Sequence record: LT961732
Source of the DNA: Escherichia phage SECphi27
Reading direction: 5' to 3' (one strand)
DNA: 51,811 nucleotides
Shown here: positions 1 to 8,850 of the stretch, piece by piece
Layout of the letters: every line of letters begins with the position of its first letter
How positions within the stretch are numbered: position 1 is the stretch's first letter
Notes under the pieces: model-generated
Told to the model about the DNA's origin: nothing
Databases searched by the model: none
What the model saw: the letters and a program-made list of their open reading frames with translations, nothing else
Translations under genes and position numbers: made by a program

Positions 1-55
1 AAATGGCTAAAGATATTTTAGATAAAGACACCCATGACGCATTCGTTAGCTTTGA
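1..55. repeat. Terminal direct repeat: 1-55 is identical to 51757-51811 (circular or permuted genome overlap)
   Basis: Exact 55-nt identity between window start and end; the dam start codon and its upstream region are duplicated. Confidence 0.9.
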
Positions 56-728
56 GCAGTTGGAGAGAGAAACGTTTATAGGAAATGCTCTTGCAACTGG
101 AGGCCATTACCAGGCAGTAAAGCCAAATCAATATTATAAGGTAAGCGGCAACCGATACGCTGGAAGCACTACGCCGGACGTTGTGCGCGATATGTGGAGC
201 ACGCCTCAAGAGATCGTGGAGTGGATGGAATCAGAATTTGGTGAATACGATCTCGACGCGGCAGCAAGCCAGGAAAACTCAGTTTGCGAGAAGTTCTACA
301 GCAAGGAAACAAATTGCTTAAAGCGTTGGTGGGGTAGCAACAAGCACGTATGGCTTAACCCGCCGTACAGCAACCCAACTCCATTTATCAAGAAAGCAAT
401 TGAGCAAATGGAGCACAACAACCAAATTGATGTTTTGTTGCCAGCCGACAACTCTACAGCATGGTTTTATGAGGCGCAGAAAAACGCGGCTGAAATCATC
501 TGGATCACTGGCGAGGTTTACGAAGAGGGTGGAGTAGAATACTCCCGCACCGGAAGAATCGCCTTTGTGTCTGGATTGACTGGCGAGCCTGTACAGGGCA
601 ACAACAAGGGAAGCGTGATTTTTGTCATGCGCAAACTTAAAGAAGGCGAGGAGCAGAAAACGCGATACGTTAAGATCAGCGATATTTGCCCATCTGTAAC
701 CGAACGCCGCGCGCGCAAACGGAGCTAA
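3..728 (+). CDS. dam: DNA N6-adenine methyltransferase (Dam-like)
   Basis: 241 aa; NPPY catalytic motif (WLNPPYS); RBS GGAG upstream (seen at 51745-51756). Confidence 0.8.
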   Translation: MAKDILDKDTHDAFVSFEQLERETFIGNALATGGHYQAVKPNQYYKVSGNRYAGSTTPDVVRDMWSTPQEIVEWMESEFGEYDLDAAASQENSVCEKFYSKETNCLKRWWGSNKHVWLNPPYSNPTPFIKKAIEQMEHNNQIDVLLPADNSTAWFYEAQKNAAEIIWITGEVYEEGGVEYSRTGRIAFVSGLTGEPVQGNNKGSVIFVMRKLKEGEEQKTRYVKISDICPSVTERRARKRS

Positions 729-732
729 CACG

Positions 733-990
733 ATGAAAAAAGAGAGAAGCGTTTATTTAAATGAAACTGGCGAGTGGTTGTTATTTCGCGCTATGGTGTG
801 CGATGCAATTGATAAAAACCCTAACGTGAAAAAGATGATTGATTGCGATCCGTGGGAATTTTCAAGCGCATTAGATATGAGCTTTGATGAGACAAGAAAA
901 CTCCCTCTTGAAAAATGGCACGAACAAATCAGAAATGATATGCAAGATTTTGTAGATTCGTGGAATTTTCAGAACGGAATGATCCACTAA
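733..990 (+). CDS. hypothetical protein
   Basis: 85-aa ORF; stop abuts conserved intergenic motif. Confidence 0.5.
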   Translation: MKKERSVYLNETGEWLLFRAMVCDAIDKNPNVKKMIDCDPWEFSSALDMSFDETRKLPLEKWHEQIRNDMQDFVDSWNFQNGMIH

Positions 991-1009
991 TAGCACTTTT
1001 TGTTAAAAC
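991..1009 (+). promoter_or_regulatory. Conserved intergenic motif TAGCACTTTTTGTTAAAAC, forward class, followed by hairpin, CATAAT and CATCGAAACGA
   Basis: Motif directly after TAA stop; hairpin gcccggc/gtcgggc 1010-1028; cataat about 1029; tcatcgaaacga 1039-1050. Confidence 0.6.
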
Positions 1010-1059
1010 GCCCGGCATTTTGTCGGGCATAATTATTTCATCGAAACGAACGTGAGGAA

Positions 1060-1245
1060 ATGAAAATGGTAGTATATAGCAAGAAAGCATTTGACCAGGC
1101 GCAACAAGTCGCACGCGAGGCGGTAAAAGGTGGAACGAAAAACAATATGCAGCTTGATTGGGGCGCTGCAATGATTCTACTTCGCGTTGCATATGGTCAC
1201 TACCCATTAGAATTTGCGGAGGCATATTATAAGCATGAAGGTTGA
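1060..1245 (+). CDS. hypothetical protein
   Basis: 61-aa ORF after GAGG RBS; downstream of motif unit. Confidence 0.5.
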   Translation: MKMVVYSKKAFDQAQQVAREAVKGGTKNNMQLDWGAAMILLRVAYGHYPLEFAEAYYKHEG

Positions 1246-1477
1246 GCAAGGTAGAGAGGCGGTATGGAATCACGCTAAAGAATGCGGAATAGCCGACGAT
1301 ATAAAGAAGATCGCGCAATACTTTGATATTGCAGATGTGAGCATAATTAGCGGCGATAAGATGACTTTCCTCAAGGAAAGGCCGCGAAAAATGGTAAGAG
1401 TTCCAGCAGTTCCAACAAAAATTGATTTCAAAGAGGCAATGGCTAAAATCCGAGAGCCTCGCAAATATTATAAATGA
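1235..1477 (+). CDS. hypothetical protein (start uncertain)
   Basis: ORF track 1214-1477 begins at TTG; first ATG about 1235. Confidence 0.4.
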   Translation: MKVEQGREAVWNHAKECGIADDIKKIAQYFDIADVSIISGDKMTFLKERPRKMVRVPAVPTKIDFKEAMAKIREPRKYYK

Positions 1478-1571
1478 GGATAGTTATCATGTGGCGCTTG
1501 TTTGTTCTACCGTTACCCGTTATCATCGCTGTTACAGTTATGTACCATATAGTGATGAGATAGGTAGAAGA

Positions 1572-2687
1572 ATGAAAAATGTAAAAATTACAGATGAGCA
1601 ATTCAAGATCGAGCGGGCGGCGGGTAAGACATATAAACAGATCGCTCAAGAGTACGGAATGAATGTGAGAAGCGTCGAGCGTCGCGCGGCGCGTCTTGCA
1701 AAGCAAGGCCAGGTATCCACCATTGGAGCGCCTGGTTTTGGCGTTCATGGTGAGTCAGTAATGACTGACAAAGAAGGCAACATAATCCTAAAGTGGACTA
1801 AAACCAGCAAGGATAAAGAGCAATTAGAAGCATTAATGCGCGCAGCAATGGAGGCATTTAGCGAGGAAGTGCCGAGATTAGATCCGGTCACATTACAGGA
1901 GCGCGACTATAACGAAACGCTTTCCTTGTATCCGATCTTTGACATGCACTTAGGCGCTATGGCCCATAAGCACGAATGCGGCGAAAATTGGGATACTGCC
2001 ACGGCAGAGCGCGTTATGAATAACTTTATCGACTATGCTTTAATGTGCGCACCGGATAGCGAAAAGGCTGTCATCCTGATTGGTGGCGATATGCTACATA
2101 GCGACGGCCTGGAGGCGGTTACACCTGCAAGCGGTCACGTACTGGATCAAGATAGTCGATATGCAAAATTGGTTTACGTTGCCATCCGTGCAATGCGACG
2201 CGCAATCAATAAAATGTTGTTAAAGCATAAACATGTTGAAGTCCAGATCGTAGAGGGCAATCATGACCAATCAGGAATGATTTGGCTACGCGCAGCAATG
2301 GCGGCAGCATATGAAAACGAGCCGCGAGTTTACGTTGATGTTTCCCCTCGCGTTGTGCACCACACGCAATACGGAAAAACTTTCCTTGCGTACCATCACG
2401 GGCACACAGTGCGTAAACCGGAGACTTTGCTAATGATGTGCGCGTCAGATTGGCGGGAGGACTTCGGAAACTCAAAAACGATGTATGCGCACGTAGGGCA
2501 CTGGCATCACCAGACCGTGACAGAAACGTCGCTTGGCATCGTTGAGGTGCATAGCACCCTGGCGGCAAAAGACGCATACGCCGCGCGAGGTGGCTGGAGA
2601 TCTCGACGCCGTGCGGCGGTTATCATTTACGACAAAGAGCATGGAGAAGTGGGGCGATTTGTTCACTATCCAGAAATGATGAATTGA
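1572..2687 (+). CDS. HTH domain fused to calcineurin-like metallophosphoesterase
   Basis: N-terminal helix-turn-helix-like segment (KTYKQIAQEYGMNVRSVERRAARL); phosphoesterase motifs GDMLHSDG, EGNHDQ, YHHGH, GHWHH; start moved to ATG 1572 after RBS. Confidence 0.6.
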   Translation: MKNVKITDEQFKIERAAGKTYKQIAQEYGMNVRSVERRAARLAKQGQVSTIGAPGFGVHGESVMTDKEGNIILKWTKTSKDKEQLEALMRAAMEAFSEEVPRLDPVTLQERDYNETLSLYPIFDMHLGAMAHKHECGENWDTATAERVMNNFIDYALMCAPDSEKAVILIGGDMLHSDGLEAVTPASGHVLDQDSRYAKLVYVAIRAMRRAINKMLLKHKHVEVQIVEGNHDQSGMIWLRAAMAAAYENEPRVYVDVSPRVVHHTQYGKTFLAYHHGHTVRKPETLLMMCASDWREDFGNSKTMYAHVGHWHHQTVTETSLGIVEVHSTLAAKDAYAARGGWRSRRRAAVIIYDKEHGEVGRFVHYPEMMN

Positions 2688-2734
2688 TGAATTTTTATTT
2701 AAATCAATGACAAATTAAATCAAAAACTTGCAAT

Positions 2735-2762
2735 GGGGCGGCGTTTGTCGCCTCTTTTTTTT
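2735..2762 (+). terminator. Weak intrinsic terminator-like hairpin plus T8
   Basis: GC hairpin followed by tttttttt after the phosphoesterase gene. Confidence 0.4.
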
Positions 2763-2833
2763 GTTTAATTTTTTTACCATGTACGTTTATCATGCGGTCA
2801 ATATATTGACTTTAATTAATATGGAGAATAAAA

Positions 2834-3049
2834 ATGAAAGATTTTATTAACGCAGCTACCGCCGGATCTGGCGGTTCATCTATCGCAAGCGCCGCTACAG
2901 GGCAGTTAACCATTGCTATTGCCAGCTTTGTTTTAATGGCTGCATTCGGTGCATGGGGCGCTTACCTTCGCTGGCGTGATAGTAAAAAATTCCACGAGGC
3001 GATCGAAAAAGGTGATATTCAAAAAGCTATTGAAATCAGGGGCAAGTAA
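2834..3049 (+). CDS. holin (single-TMD, pinholin-like)
   Basis: 71 aa; one hydrophobic helix with charged C-terminus; immediately upstream of endolysin with TAATG overlap. Confidence 0.6.
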   Translation: MKDFINAATAGSGGSSIASAATGQLTIAIASFVLMAAFGAWGAYLRWRDSKKFHEAIEKGDIQKAIEIRGK

Positions 3050-3540
3050 TGAGCATAAAGAACAGGGTAGCGGCGGCGGCCTTTGGAGTTGCGGTTGCCT
3101 TGACTTCTCCACTTCTTGAAGAGATCGAAGGGGTAAGATACAAGCCATACAAAGATATTGCGGGAGTATGGACGGTTTGCGCAGGAATCACCGGACCAGA
3201 TGTTATCCTGGGGAAAACGTACACTAAAAAAGAGTGTGATGCTTTGTTGGCTAAGCATATCCAGGTTGCTAAAAAGGAAGTTGACAAGCAAGTTAAGGTT
3301 GACATTCCTGATAGTATGCGTGCAGCAATGTACTCATTCACTTACAATGCAGGTGTGGGAGCTTTCAGAAATTCAACAATGCTGAAACTCATCAACCAGG
3401 GGAAATTAAACGAGGCTTGCGATCAGCTTTATCGTTGGACTTATTACCATAACCCAAAAACAGGAAAGCGCGAGAAGTCTAAAGGCTTATTTAACAGGCG
3501 CAAGGTCGAATACAAATATTGCACAATGGATCTTAAATGA
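3049..3540 (+). CDS. SAR endolysin (T4/P21-type lysozyme)
   Basis: N-terminal Gly/Ala-rich weakly hydrophobic SAR-like helix; E-x8-D-x5-T catalytic triad pattern ([16 protein letters not shown]). Confidence 0.75.
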   Translation: MSIKNRVAAAAFGVAVALTSPLLEEIEGVRYKPYKDIAGVWTVCAGITGPDVILGKTYTKKECDALLAKHIQVAKKEVDKQVKVDIPDSMRAAMYSFTYNAGVGAFRNSTMLKLINQGKLNEACDQLYRWTYYHNPKTGKREKSKGLFNRRKVEYKYCTMDLK

Positions 3541-3932
3541 TGAAGAAATTTTTACTTACACCAATCGCAATGGCGGTGATCTTGTCTGGATGTTCAAGCG
3601 TTACGCCACTGACCGGATTAATCGGTAGAAAGCCGGAAATCACAGCACAGGCTGGCGCGGAGAACGTGAAGCAGACAGTTGGCATTACAGCAAAGCAGGA
3701 CGCCAGCACAAAACAGGAAACCACAATAAAGGAATCTGCGGTTGACAAGGTGGACACGTCAAGCAAGAAGGATTTCACAACATCAACCATTCAGGCCAAT
3801 ACCATCAAGGCAGACAAAATTCAGGTCGTGCAGGGTAATAACGGCAGATGGTACGATCCAGTAATCATATGCGTGGTTGTGTTAATTGTGCTGATTTGTC
3901 TTTACTGGAGAGAAAAGAAAAAGGAGGCTTAA
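3537..3932 (+). CDS. unimolecular spanin (u-spanin)
   Basis: N-terminal lipoprotein signal with lipobox LSGC plus C-terminal TMD ([16 protein letters not shown]); ATGA overlap with endolysin. Confidence 0.7.
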   Translation: MMKKFLLTPIAMAVILSGCSSVTPLTGLIGRKPEITAQAGAENVKQTVGITAKQDASTKQETTIKESAVDKVDTSSKKDFTTSTIQANTIKADKIQVVQGNNGRWYDPVIICVVVLIVLICLYWREKKKEA

Positions 3933-3949
3933 TGCCTCCTTTATTTTTA
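3922..3949. terminator. Bidirectional intrinsic terminator
   Basis: aggaggc-ttaat-gcctcct hairpin flanked by T-runs on both strands, between convergent genes. Confidence 0.65.
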
Positions 3950-4171
3950 TGCGTCGGGCCACATATGAGTTTCGTTTGTTGGCTTGTTCGATTCGTCGTA
4001 CTGCCTTACTTCAATGCTGCAAGTGTCGCCGTACATTTCTGCAATCTTGCGCTCATTTTCAACCGCCGATTGCTCACTCCAGCCTGAATCCTTATCGTAA
4101 ACTGTCGGGATTTCAGAAGAAGATCCATTTGCATGATTGTATACGCGAACTACTAAAAACTTGCTGGACAT
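3947..4171 (-). CDS. hypothetical protein
   Basis: ORF track 3947-4222; start moved to the Met preceded by an AAGGA RBS and a motif unit. Confidence 0.5.
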   Translation of the reverse strand: MSSKFLVVRVYNHANGSSSEIPTVYDKDSGWSEQSAVENERKIAEMYGDTCSIEVRQYDESNKPTNETHMWPDA

Positions 4172-4233
4172 AATTTTTCCTTTTTTGTTGTTTCGTTTCG
4201 ATGAAACAAATATACCCGACACAAGGTCGGGAG

Positions 4234-4253
4234 TTTTAACAAAAAATGCTATT
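4234..4253 (-). promoter_or_regulatory. Conserved intergenic motif (variant TAGCATTTTTTGTTAAAAC), forward class
   Basis: Followed on minus strand by hairpin cccgac/gtcggg (4216-4232), tatatt, catcgaaacga (about 4186-4198), RBS, ATG. Confidence 0.55.
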
Positions 4254-4369
4254 CCATACGCTTTACTGTAACCAATAACACACCATCATCATTGCATAAA
4301 ACGTGTTCATTGGTGCTAAAAGCGCGCATATCTGAATAAAGCAGCGTAAGTAACGCATGAATAAAATCC

Positions 4370-4765
4370 TCATGTGATATTGAATTTACGGCGCAGTGCT
4401 TCAAGATCTTGTCTATTAGCTTTTGCCTGGAACAATTCATCATCGCCCATCTCCCCTATTCTAGCCATATCCCTGATCCAGTCGTTGCGCATACCATCCA
4501 GGCTATACAATTCGAATCCGAAAGGCCGCTTTGACGATCCTTTGGACCAGTATTTACCGCAGACCCCATCTATATAACCAGCCGTCATCATTCTTGCGCA
4601 AAATTCCTTAGATGCAAGGCTGGCGAACATTCGCGGCGTAAGTCCGGCGGCCCGTGCGAGCCGCTCACATTCTCTATGCTGATAGATAAATTTGGCTATG
4701 TGCTGCCTGTTAAACCAGTCGTATGACTCACACCATTTATACAGATCAAGCAAAAACATAATCAT
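4370..4765 (-). CDS. hypothetical protein (cotranscribed with NTPase)
   Basis: 131 aa; ATGA start/stop overlap with upstream 526-aa gene. Confidence 0.55.
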   Translation of the reverse strand: MIMFLLDLYKWCESYDWFNRQHIAKFIYQHRECERLARAAGLTPRMFASLASKEFCARMMTAGYIDGVCGKYWSKGSSKRPFGFELYSLDGMRNDWIRDMARIGEMGDDELFQAKANRQDLEALRRKFNIT

Positions 4766-6342
4766 CCCAGCAGTATTGGATTGACAAAAATAACACCATT
4801 AATCACGCAAACATAATTTCTTTCTTCCAGCATTGGCAGCAAGTGCCCCTCTATCCTCTTCATTACGCCAGCCTGACCAACGAAAGGTTTTACCTTTCTC
4901 GCTGATTCGTACAGGGCGCGAATATTCAGGATCCCTTTGTTAGCCTTGCCGTGCCTCGTGATCAATTCAATCAATTTACCCATTTCAGCATCATCACCAG
5001 CATAACCAGAAGCATTGGCGGCGCTAATGTATGTTTTGCTCAATTCCTGAAACATGATCAACGCCTCTTGCATTGTTTCCACGTCGATCTCTTTCGACTT
5101 CTGCGGGTATCCGGCAGGATTAAACCAGTTACGGATAACATGCAGGACGGAAGCAAGCCTGATCACCTGTTTATCCATTTTACCCAGCGCACCGCGTAAC
5201 ATTGTATGAGAATACTTTCCGCCGTCTGCAAGATGCGGTTCCATATCCTGGCGAGCAATGTTGAGCACTCGCATAGCTGAACGGCTTATTTTCAGCGATA
5301 TATTTGATTCGCTCATGATGTTATGCACCAATTGATAATATTGGGCTTTCAATTCAGAATCCACCGCCTCATAGGTAGAATCACCATTTTCATCAATGAA
5401 TGAGCGACGGCCTAAGAATGATTCCTCGCGGACCAACAAAAAACGCTCACTAACACCGATGCCTCGCGATCCAGCGTCCATGATTCCGCTTATCGTTTCA
5501 TCCTGGGCTATAACGCTCATGCATCCAAGCGCGCGAAAACTCATATTATTGTCAGCATTAGCACGGGCAATTGATACGTGACCATTATCCCACGCCTTAA
5601 GCACTAACTCACTGTTAGTCTTCCTTTCGCTATTTGCATAGGTCAAGCCTAACAGACTGTTAATACTTGTTGCTTCATCAGATATTACGGCAAAGTTACC
5701 TTGCTTGTTGTTGATTTTCGCCAAGCCTTCTGGAGTTGTATCTGAAACAGGAAAAGTTATATCACACATTTTTTCCAGCTTTTCCTCCAGATCCTCTTTT
5801 TCCTGGTATAGAGATTCCATATCAGCGCCGGATCTTTCGCTTTTCATCTCCTTTGCAAGACCTGCCAGCTTTGCCTGTATTTTCTTTCTTTCCTTGCGGC
5901 GTTGCTCGTTGATCTTCTCAACTTCCGCAATCATCGGAGCAATAGCCATGCTGTTGATCGCAGATTTACCAGTTGACGGCGGCTGGCTTGTAACGACGTA
6001 AAGCGCAGTCGGCTGATCGGTTCCGTGATAGTCAACCGTAAAGCGTCCAAGCATAGCGGCAGAAATGCAGCCGATAAAGTGCATGTAAGCCGATGATTCA
6101 GGGAATTGAACGGATCGCGCAATGCTGCGTGATAACTTGCCGACAACATCAATATCATTACCAAGAGAAATAACGGGGTAGCGATCGTGACCGCTATTCA
6201 CATCCTTTACGTCGCCCCAAAAGCTGGACGACTGGCGATAGCCGTTAGCCTGAATTGATACGCGAACTGGTGAAAGGTTCTGGCTTTCAGCCATAGCGAT
6301 TATTTGCTGTGGAGTTAATTTGTTTGTTTCTAATGAAAACAT
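4762..6342 (-). CDS. P-loop NTPase of unknown function
   Basis: 526 aa; Walker A-like PPSTGKS and Walker B-like FAVISDE separated by a charged coiled-coil insert; RBS AAGGAGAAG. Confidence 0.65.
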   Translation of the reverse strand: MFSLETNKLTPQQIIAMAESQNLSPVRVSIQANGYRQSSSFWGDVKDVNSGHDRYPVISLGNDIDVVGKLSRSIARSVQFPESSAYMHFIGCISAAMLGRFTVDYHGTDQPTALYVVTSQPPSTGKSAINSMAIAPMIAEVEKINEQRRKERKKIQAKLAGLAKEMKSERSGADMESLYQEKEDLEEKLEKMCDITFPVSDTTPEGLAKINNKQGNFAVISDEATSINSLLGLTYANSERKTNSELVLKAWDNGHVSIARANADNNMSFRALGCMSVIAQDETISGIMDAGSRGIGVSERFLLVREESFLGRRSFIDENGDSTYEAVDSELKAQYYQLVHNIMSESNISLKISRSAMRVLNIARQDMEPHLADGGKYSHTMLRGALGKMDKQVIRLASVLHVIRNWFNPAGYPQKSKEIDVETMQEALIMFQELSKTYISAANASGYAGDDAEMGKLIELITRHGKANKGILNIRALYESARKVKPFVGQAGVMKRIEGHLLPMLEERNYVCVINGVIFVNPILLG

Positions 6343-6399
6343 TCGTTAGCTTCTCCTTTGTGGGCCGTAAATTTTAACGGCCCAATACTACCCCGTTTT

Positions 6400-6416
6400 G
6401 TCAAAAAGTGCTATTT
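6400..6416 (-). promoter_or_regulatory. Conserved intergenic motif (variant ...TTTTTGAC), forward class
   Basis: aaatagcactttttgac on minus strand, followed by hairpin gggccgt/acggccc 6362-6383 and RBS of the NTPase gene. Confidence 0.5.
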
Positions 6417-6632
6417 GATCCGCTCTATTGCAACCAGAAGTCGATCAGGCTGGCGGTCGCTGTAGCATTCTCCTGTAATCCCATCTTTAAACGTAAAGTA
6501 AAGCGCCTTATGATATGAAAAACCAATCAGCCAACCTACCGCCGTTTTTTTGATGGGCCTGACTATATCGCCAGGCTTGAAAGTCTTTGTGGTAGAATGC
6601 GTTACTTTGTAACGGTTTTCACTGTTTATCAC
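6411..6632 (-). CDS. hypothetical protein
   Basis: 73-aa ORF in early minus-strand block. Confidence 0.5.
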   Translation of the reverse strand: MINSENRYKVTHSTTKTFKPGDIVRPIKKTAVGWLIGFSYHKALYFTFKDGITGECYSDRQPDRLLVAIERIK

Positions 6633-7015
6633 AGATATTTACCCTCAAAAAGATAACAGCCGCCAGCAGAGAATCCGACCTCTTCACGGTACAGGTTCCA
6701 GCGGTCGCCGCACTCATCAAAAACATAACCCGCAACGCTTCCAAGCGGTCGCCCTTTCTCGATCTGGTATCGCTTGCCCTGCTTAAAGTGCTTTTTGCAC
6801 GGCATGTTATGATCTACAAACGTGCAAAGAACGGTTTTTGTGTTAATGGCGCGGTAATCATCTCGGTTTGCTGGAAGCCAGCGGCTACCCTTAACAAGCG
6901 TCTTAACCTGGAACTCTTCCACCTCGATCACATCATCACTTCCTGCAATCTTCTGATAAACCGTTTTAAAACGGCCTTTCATCAATACGTTGGTTTCATT
7001 ACAGATAACATTCAT
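6629..7015 (-). CDS. hypothetical protein
   Basis: 128-aa ORF; 4-nt overlap with downstream gene. Confidence 0.55.
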   Translation of the reverse strand: MNVICNETNVLMKGRFKTVYQKIAGSDDVIEVEEFQVKTLVKGSRWLPANRDDYRAINTKTVLCTFVDHNMPCKKHFKQGKRYQIEKGRPLGSVAGYVFDECGDRWNLYREEVGFSAGGCYLFEGKYL

Positions 7016-7069
7016 GATCAGATCTCCTTTGTTTGTTCGATGTGATTATGCCAGGTTTTTACACCTGGC

Positions 7070-7090
7070 TTTTAACAAAAAGTGCTATTT
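7070..7090 (-). promoter_or_regulatory. Conserved intergenic motif, forward class
   Basis: Minus-strand read: aatagcactttttgttaaaa, hairpin gccaggt/acctggc, cataat, catcgaacaaac, RBS, ATG at 7015. Confidence 0.6.
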
Positions 7091-7801
7091 TGAGTTTGAC
7101 TCAAAGACGGCGCGAGCAAATCCGCGCGGAGTGAGGGAGCGGATCATCTTTGTGCGCGATGACTTACCGCCAGTTTTGGCCCAGCCTGGATTATCTTTGT
7201 CTTCCTCTTTCGGCAGGATTAAAGCGCGCGGAGGAATAACAAAGCCGTTGCCAGTCCAGAGGCACGTTTTCTTAAAATAGCGATCCCGTGCCGGAATAAT
7301 ATCAGGGAAGTCGGGATGTTTATCATCTTCCGGCAGATAGCCAGCGTAATCGCACGGATGGAACGTATAATCAGGCTTTCGCCATAACGTTGACAACTTG
7401 CCAACCGGATTTTCGATCATGTAAGGAACACCGAAATAATCAGCTATATCAGCCGCGATTCTGCAAGTGTCGGCGGCCTCATCCTGGAACGATGGATTCT
7501 CAAGGCGTTTTTTGGCCCAATGGCGAGATCCGCTATTTGCAAGGTCGGTGCACGGCGGAAATGCCATAATAAAGTCAGGAATGACCCATTCCTCCCAGCG
7601 CGCGCGGTGGTAAAATCTTTCATCAATCCAGACGTTAACGTATTCGATATTCTCATGCTGTATGCGCACTGACTGGTAATCACCGTGATCGCCACCGTCA
7701 GCATTAAAGCAAATGCACTTATATCCATTATCAGCCCAATCTTTAACGGCTTTACCAGATCCATCAAATAGGGAGAATATTAAACCTTTATACATCGTCA
7801 T
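7085..7801 (-). CDS. minimal C5-cytosine DNA methyltransferase-like protein
   Basis: About 238 aa; motif I FSLFDGSG, motif IV PPCTDLANSGS, motif VI ENPVG in canonical order; start moved to ATG after GAGG RBS. Confidence 0.55.
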   Translation of the reverse strand: MTMYKGLIFSLFDGSGKAVKDWADNGYKCICFNADGGDHGDYQSVRIQHENIEYVNVWIDERFYHRARWEEWVIPDFIMAFPPCTDLANSGSRHWAKKRLENPSFQDEAADTCRIAADIADYFGVPYMIENPVGKLSTLWRKPDYTFHPCDYAGYLPEDDKHPDFPDIIPARDRYFKKTCLWTGNGFVIPPRALILPKEEDKDNPGWAKTGGKSSRTKMIRSLTPRGFARAVFESNSK

Positions 7802-7805
7802 TACC

Positions 7806-8030
7806 TCAAAACGGAAAACAGCGCGGACAACTAGGATCGAAATCGCATCCACAATCATTAACAATCATAGTGGGATCTGCAAATATTGCGCTTGATTCAA
7901 GATCCATATCCATATCACCTAAAGCCTCATCAAGAGTCTTAATTTTATATGCCACTTCAAGCGCCGCCTCTTTATTTAGTCCGGCATCTTCTGCCATTTG
8001 AAGGCGCTCAAAAAAACCGTCCTGACTCAT
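7806..8030 (-). CDS. small acidic protein with C-terminal Cys cluster
   Basis: 74 aa; about 16 Asp/Glu against 5 Lys/Arg; C-terminus CGCDFDPSCPRC; immediately upstream of the MTase-like gene. Confidence 0.55.
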   Translation of the reverse strand: MSQDGFFERLQMAEDAGLNKEAALEVAYKIKTLDEALGDMDMDLESSAIFADPTMIVNDCGCDFDPSCPRCFPF

Positions 8031-8143
8031 CGCATAACTCCCTTAATAACAGCCAAGATAATAGCCAGGCCAGCAGCAGTAACCAAAAAACCAACCGCGC
8101 CAATAATCGAATAAAAAAAGAAATCAATAGCTTTATCTATCAT
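8027..8143 (-). CDS. hydrophobic micropeptide (about 38 aa)
   Basis: Not in ORF track (under 60 aa); RBS GAGGTGG; single TMD; ATGA overlap with downstream acidic gene. Confidence 0.4.
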   Translation of the reverse strand: MIDKAIDFFFYSIIGAVGFLVTAAGLAIILAVIKGVMR

Positions 8144-8162
8144 TTTCCACCTCATTTAAAAG

Positions 8163-8179
8163 GCGGCAAAACGCCGCCA
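8163..8179 (-). other. GC hairpin (ggcggc-gttt-tgccgcc) between early genes
   Basis: Perfect 6-7 bp stem; short T-run on minus strand; possible attenuator or processing site. Confidence 0.4.
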
Positions 8180-8185
8180 GATTAA

Positions 8186-8413
8186 TTAAAGAGCGCGCCA
8201 ACTTTGAATATAGAAAGCGTTTTCTTCCAGTAATTCTTTTACCTGATCTTTATTGTATTTGCGCACCTTGCCGCCTGGATGGATACCAATAAGATAGCCG
8301 CCTTTGCCCTCGGTGATAGTGATTTGGCTAATTCCGCAGGACTTATCAAGTTTTACAGCCACGCGGTGATGAGCGTCAATAGTTGCCATAATGTTTAAAA
8401 CTTTTGCTTTCAT
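8186..8413 (-). CDS. hypothetical protein
   Basis: 75-aa ORF; GAGGAT RBS upstream. Confidence 0.5.
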   Translation of the reverse strand: MKAKVLNIMATIDAHHRVAVKLDKSCGISQITITEGKGGYLIGIHPGGKVRKYNKDQVKELLEENAFYIQSWRAL

Positions 8414-8568
8414 TTAAATATCCTCAATTGAAATATGAATGACGTGGCGCTCTTTTTCCGTCGCCGCCGTAATGGTCATTTGCAACCGCCACCATCCAGG
8501 CATTTTTGAATATAAAAAGCCTCATTTCTTATTTTTCAGCTTAAATTTATGAAATGGAATACCCGCCA

Positions 8569-8850
8569 TTATGCGATCCCAGTTACGTTAAAACTTACAG
8601 CCTTTGTTGCGCTAAATACATAAGCATCAACAGCGCCGCCAAATACACGAATTTTACCCTGGCCGTACTGCGCATTCATATTTCGCCAAACCGTTCTATT
8701 AGAACAGAATGCGCTACCAGTCTTAATAAGCGTATCCATCTCTTTTCTTAGACCGCGATAGTCCAGCCAGAATCTAAAGGCGCGCTGTTTAATTCGCGCC
8801 GCCTTGATTTTTTCTCTTGCGCTATTGAAATCATTCTTTTCGTATGCCAT
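8569..8850 (-). CDS. hypothetical protein
   Basis: 93-aa basic ORF. Confidence 0.5.
   Translation of the reverse strand: MAYEKNDFNSAREKIKAARIKQRAFRFWLDYRGLRKEMDTLIKTGSAFCSNRTVWRNMNAQYGQGKIRVFGGAVDAYVFSATKAVSFNVTGIA

Noticed and set aside
991-1030. Reading the conserved motif as a canonical sigma70 promoter (TTGTTA as -35, CATAAT as -10)
   Set aside because: Spacing between the two elements is consistently 21-22 nt, outside the 16-18 nt window for sigma70, so any promoter activity must be noncanonical or factor-dependent.
1422-1571. Upstream extension of the phosphoesterase ORF from 1422
   Set aside because: Overlaps the preceding gene and lacks an RBS; the ATG at 1572 follows a Shine-Dalgarno-like sequence and begins the HTH domain.
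4249-4443. 64-aa minus-strand ORF
   Set aside because: Overlaps the 3' end of the 4370-4765 gene by 74 nt and lacks its own motif unit or RBS; probably spurious.
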